From: Coraliomargaritaceae bacterium
GTDB taxonomy: Bacteria; Verrucomicrobiota; Verrucomicrobiia; Opitutales; Coraliomargaritaceae
DNA length: 64,000 bases
NCBI GenBank assembly: GCA_965656495.1
Contig: CBFHKU010000001.1
Coordinates: forward strand, 50,781 to 114,780
Direction of reading: 5' to 3'
Position numbers and translations under genes: made by a program. Positions 61,248 through 64,000 of the stretch are shown here, piece after piece (within the stretch, counting starts at the first letter, position 1; every line of letters begins with the position of its first letter). The notes under the pieces were generated by a model. That model had not been told where the DNA came from. It saw only the letters and a program-made list of their open reading frames with translations, and ran no database searches.

Positions 61248-62171
61248 ATGGCAGATACAAATGCGGCGGAACATCCCGATTTGGTGGGATTTTGTGCGCA
61301 TTTAAAATTGGAGCGGCGGGTCTCGGATTACACTTTGCGGAATTACCGTCAGGCGGGGGAACGCTTCGTGGAGTGGCTCGGTGGGCAGGAGGCGTGGACG
61401 GGGGATTTTGCGGTGGTGAACGCGCGGCAGGCGCGTTCGTATTTGGTGGAATTGCGGCGCGATTTGGGGCGGCGAACGATTCATAATCACGTCTCGGGTT
61501 TGCGAGGGCTGTATCGTTTCCTGCGGGAACAGGGCAAGGCGGATTCGAATCCCTTTGACGGGGTGAATTTGCCGAAGCTGGAAAAACCGCTCCCGAAGTT
61601 TTTAACGGAGACCCAGATGCGGGCCTTACTGGAAGCACCGGCGAAGTTGTATCAGGCGGGCGAGATGGATGATTTCACGGCCTTGCGTGACAGTGTGATT
61701 TTAGAGCTGCTCTACGGCGGCGGTTTGCGGGTCAGTGAATTGTGTGAGTTGAATCTCGGGCAGATCGACCTGGAACAGGGGGTGGCGCGGGTGCTGGGCA
61801 AGGGCGGGAAGGAACGATTGTGTCCGCTGGGCCGGGTGGCCTTGGAATGTTTGCGGCGGTTTTTGGACTTGAGCGGCGCGTCGATGGATGCGGCGGCACC
61901 GGCGGTTTTCACAGGAAAAGGCAAACGTCTGAAGCCCGCGCAGGTGCAGCGTCTCCTGAAGACGCACCTCAAAGCGGCGGGGCTTCCGCTCGATATGACC
62001 CCGCACAAATTGCGGCATAGTTTCGCGACGCATTTGCTCGACCACGGTGCCGATCTGCGCTCCGTGCAAGAACTCCTCGGTCACGCCAGTCTTTCAACCA
62101 CGCAGGTCTACACCCACGTTTCGGTCGCCCGCTTAAAAGAAGCGCACCGCCAGGCGCATCCAAGGGCTTAG
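61248..62171 (+). CDS. xerC: XerC-type tyrosine recombinase
   Basis: ELLYGGGLRVSEL, VLGKGGKER, TPHKLRHSFATHLL, VQELLGHASLSTTQVYTH, HPRA C-terminus. Confidence 0.88.
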   Translation: MADTNAAEHPDLVGFCAHLKLERRVSDYTLRNYRQAGERFVEWLGGQEAWTGDFAVVNARQARSYLVELRRDLGRRTIHNHVSGLRGLYRFLREQGKADSNPFDGVNLPKLEKPLPKFLTETQMRALLEAPAKLYQAGEMDDFTALRDSVILELLYGGGLRVSELCELNLGQIDLEQGVARVLGKGGKERLCPLGRVALECLRRFLDLSGASMDAAAPAVFTGKGKRLKPAQVQRLLKTHLKAAGLPLDMTPHKLRHSFATHLLDHGADLRSVQELLGHASLSTTQVYTHVSVARLKEAHRQAHPRA

Positions 62172-64000
62172 CTTTTTGCCTGAGCAAACTGGCTGCGCCA
62201 AAATTTGAAGGGCAGGAGGGCGAGGGCGATGCAGAGGAGTTGGCTGAGGGCGAAGGCGCACATCCAGAGGAAGCCGCTGTCGGTGAAGCCGTAGGAGTGG
62301 AGTCCGACTCCGAGGAGGTTGGTGCCGAACCAGGACCAGGCGGTGATGATGTTGCCGAGGATGGCGAGTGCCATGATGCCGCGTTCGCGTACCAGTCCGC
62401 CCCAGCGGGCGTGGAGGGTGATGGCGCACATGATGACGATCATGAGGGCGCCGTTTTCTTTGGGGTCCCAACCCCAGAAGCGGCCCCAGCTTTGGTCGGC
62501 CCAGATGCCGCCGAGGATGGTACCGACGAGGCTGAAGAGGGCGGCAAAACAGGTGATGCCGTAAACCATCCCGGCGAGGGAACGGGCGGCGGGTTTGTCA
62601 AAGCCGCGCCGGAGGATTCCGAGGAAGGTGAAGGCGATGGCAAGGGCTCCGGCGAAGAACATGGCGGAGTAGCCGAGGGTGATGATGACGACGTGGGTCG
62701 CGAGCCAGAAGTTGGAGTCGAGGACGGCGCGCATCATCTCAAGGGTGTCGCCGGTCATAGCGAGGTGGTGGGCAATGATGAGGGTGGCGAATCCGACGAG
62801 GGCGGCCATGGCGGCACCGACGCCGTTGCGATTGAAGCGTTCGAGGAAGGCGCCGAGGAGGACGGCGCCCCAACCGACGAAGACGGCGGAGGAGTAGAGG
62901 TTGGTGACGGGTGGGCGGTCCTGAATATACATGCGTGCCGCGAGTCCAAAGGTGTGGAGGGCAAAGGCGAGGCAGAGGGTCCAGAAAGCGGCGTTGCCGA
63001 GGGCCTGGGGCCAGCGGAGCCAGGAGATGCAAACAAAGAGGAAGACGAGGATGTAAAGCTCGATGGCGATGGCGAAGGGTTTGTAGCCGTTGAAGACGCG
63101 TTCGAAATGGACGCGTCCGATATCGTCGGGGAAATCGGCAGTGACGCGTTCTTTAACTTGGGTGAGGGTCTTATTGAAGGTCTCAGCGTCGCCGGCGCGG
63201 TATGCCATGATGAGGCTGGCGTAGCTCATGGCGTAGGGGCTGAGTTGTCCGGTCTGGATGACGTTGAGGAGTTCGTCGCCAAGGTTCAGCCAATCATCCA
63301 TGGGATCGACGGGGGCGGGTGGTGGGATGACGCGGAGGTGGGCGGTCTGGGAAAGGCGGAGGTAGTCCTCGCCGTAGCCGAGGAAGTTTTTGACGAGGGC
63401 GGCATTGTATTCTTCGCCGGCCTGTTGTTTGCGGAGTTCCGCCATGGCGGGCTGGAGGAGGCTGAGGTAGCTGCGGTATTCATCGGCGAGTTGGTCCAAG
63501 CGCTGGGGGTCTCCGATGGGATGGAGGGAATGCATGACGCGGTGGTAGAGGCTGAGCCCGTTATTGAGCTCGGCGATCTGGCGTTGGTAGGCGTCGCGTT
63601 TTTTCGGCTCGGGGTCGATCTCGCGGAACTGTTGATTGATGGTCTCGAAGTGGGGGCGGAGGTCGTTGAAGGAGTAGTGGCGCTTGCCCGGTTGGGCGAG
63701 GCCTTCGAGTCCGAGGTCATCGGGGAATTCAATTTTAAAGACGGGGTGGGTGTCGGCGTGCTCGGGTCGCATGGTGAGGTCGAGGAACCATTCGATCGGG
63801 CTGAGGGTTTGACCGTCGAGGGTTTCAACTTTTTGTCGGGCGGCGAGGACGAGGAGGGTATTGCGTGCGACGGAATCGAGGGGTTTGATGCGCCCGCCGA
63901 CCTGCACGGGGAGTTCCGCAAAACCCGCGAGGTCATAGCCCGAGTCCTGTGCGGCGGGGCGCAGGTAACGACCGAGGACTAAAAGGACGAGGAGCGCGGC
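62168..64000 (-). CDS. ccsA: Cytochrome c biogenesis protein CcsA/ResC with large N-terminal periplasmic region (5' end outside window)
   Basis: WADQSWGRFWGWDPKE (WWD domain), GLHSYG, GRIKPLDS; frame is open to the window end. Confidence 0.88.
   Translation of the reverse strand, partial: AALLVLLVLGRYLRPAAQDSGYDLAGFAELPVQVGGRIKPLDSVARNTLLVLAARQKVETLDGQTLSPIEWFLDLTMRPEHADTHPVFKIEFPDDLGLEGLAQPGKRHYSFNDLRPHFETINQQFREIDPEPKKRDAYQRQIAELNNGLSLYHRVMHSLHPIGDPQRLDQLADEYRSYLSLLQPAMAELRKQQAGEEYNAALVKNFLGYGEDYLRLSQTAHLRVIPPPAPVDPMDDWLNLGDELLNVIQTGQLSPYAMSYASLIMAYRAGDAETFNKTLTQVKERVTADFPDDIGRVHFERVFNGYKPFAIAIELYILVFLFVCISWLRWPQALGNAAFWTLCLAFALHTFGLAARMYIQDRPPVTNLYSSAVFVGWGAVLLGAFLERFNRNGVGAAMAALVGFATLIIAHHLAMTGDTLEMMRAVLDSNFWLATHVVIITLGYSAMFFAGALAIAFTFLGILRRGFDKPAARSLAGMVYGITCFAALFSLVGTILGGIWADQSWGRFWGWDPKENGALMIVIMCAITLHARWGGLVRERGIMALAILGNIITAWSWFGTNLLGVGLHSYGFTDSGFLWMCAFALSQLLCIALALLPFKFWRSQFAQAKS

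Larger units (their letters stand above)
60212..61248. mobile_element. AT-rich islet bounded by 50-bp direct repeats at the parA-xerC junction
   Basis: 60212-60261 versus 61199-61248, 46/50 identical; interior is visibly AT-rich. Confidence 0.75.

Noticed and set aside
61248..62171. Phage or island integrase
   Set aside because: Length, motifs and HPRA terminus match housekeeping XerC; it lies outside the direct repeats and has host-like composition.
59465..62171. Replication origin or dif site near parA/xerC
   Set aside because: No parB, dnaA, DnaA-box cluster or dif-like 28-mer was recognised by eye.
62240..63982. Long antisense ORFs (also 2191-3192, 13572-14939, 17109-18176, 54660-55571)
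   Set aside because: These are shadow frames opposite well-supported genes in high-GC, codon-biased DNA.

Overview
A 64 kb GC-rich chromosomal segment. Gene content and protein style suggest Verrucomicrobiota (Opitutales/Coraliomargarita-like); this is an inference, not a database result. It is mostly housekeeping: sdhA(partial)-sdhB, addAB-like pair, two DinG-family helicases, P1B ATPase, lysS, yicC, pyrBC, nfeD-nfeD-floA, trkAH, oleCD, a TonB receptor, RNA methyltransferases, rpsU, rpsB-tsf, manC-ruvX, sulP, hisN-like, fmt, a DtxR regulator, pnp-rpsO, an M60 peptidase, tRNA-Ser(GCT), parA, xerC and a partial ccsA. The unusual signal is non-coding. (1) Four large intergenic tracts (about 1.6-2.1, 23.7-24.9, 43.1-44.1 and 50.4-51.0 kb) are mosaics of one shared vocabulary: GT(A/G)G-footed REP palindromes plus 6-, 7-, 8- and 9/10-bp micro-repeat modules. 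They share long identical blocks, show a fixed orientation relative to neighbouring gene 3' ends, and appear to coincide with local G/C-skew switches. (2) tRNA-Ser is flanked on both sides by copies of its own ends, each interrupted by an insert in the D- or T-loop. (3) An AT-rich islet with a ClpP-like gene sits between 50-bp direct repeats at the parA-xerC junction. No transposase, RAYT, cas gene or reverse transcriptase is present in the window.
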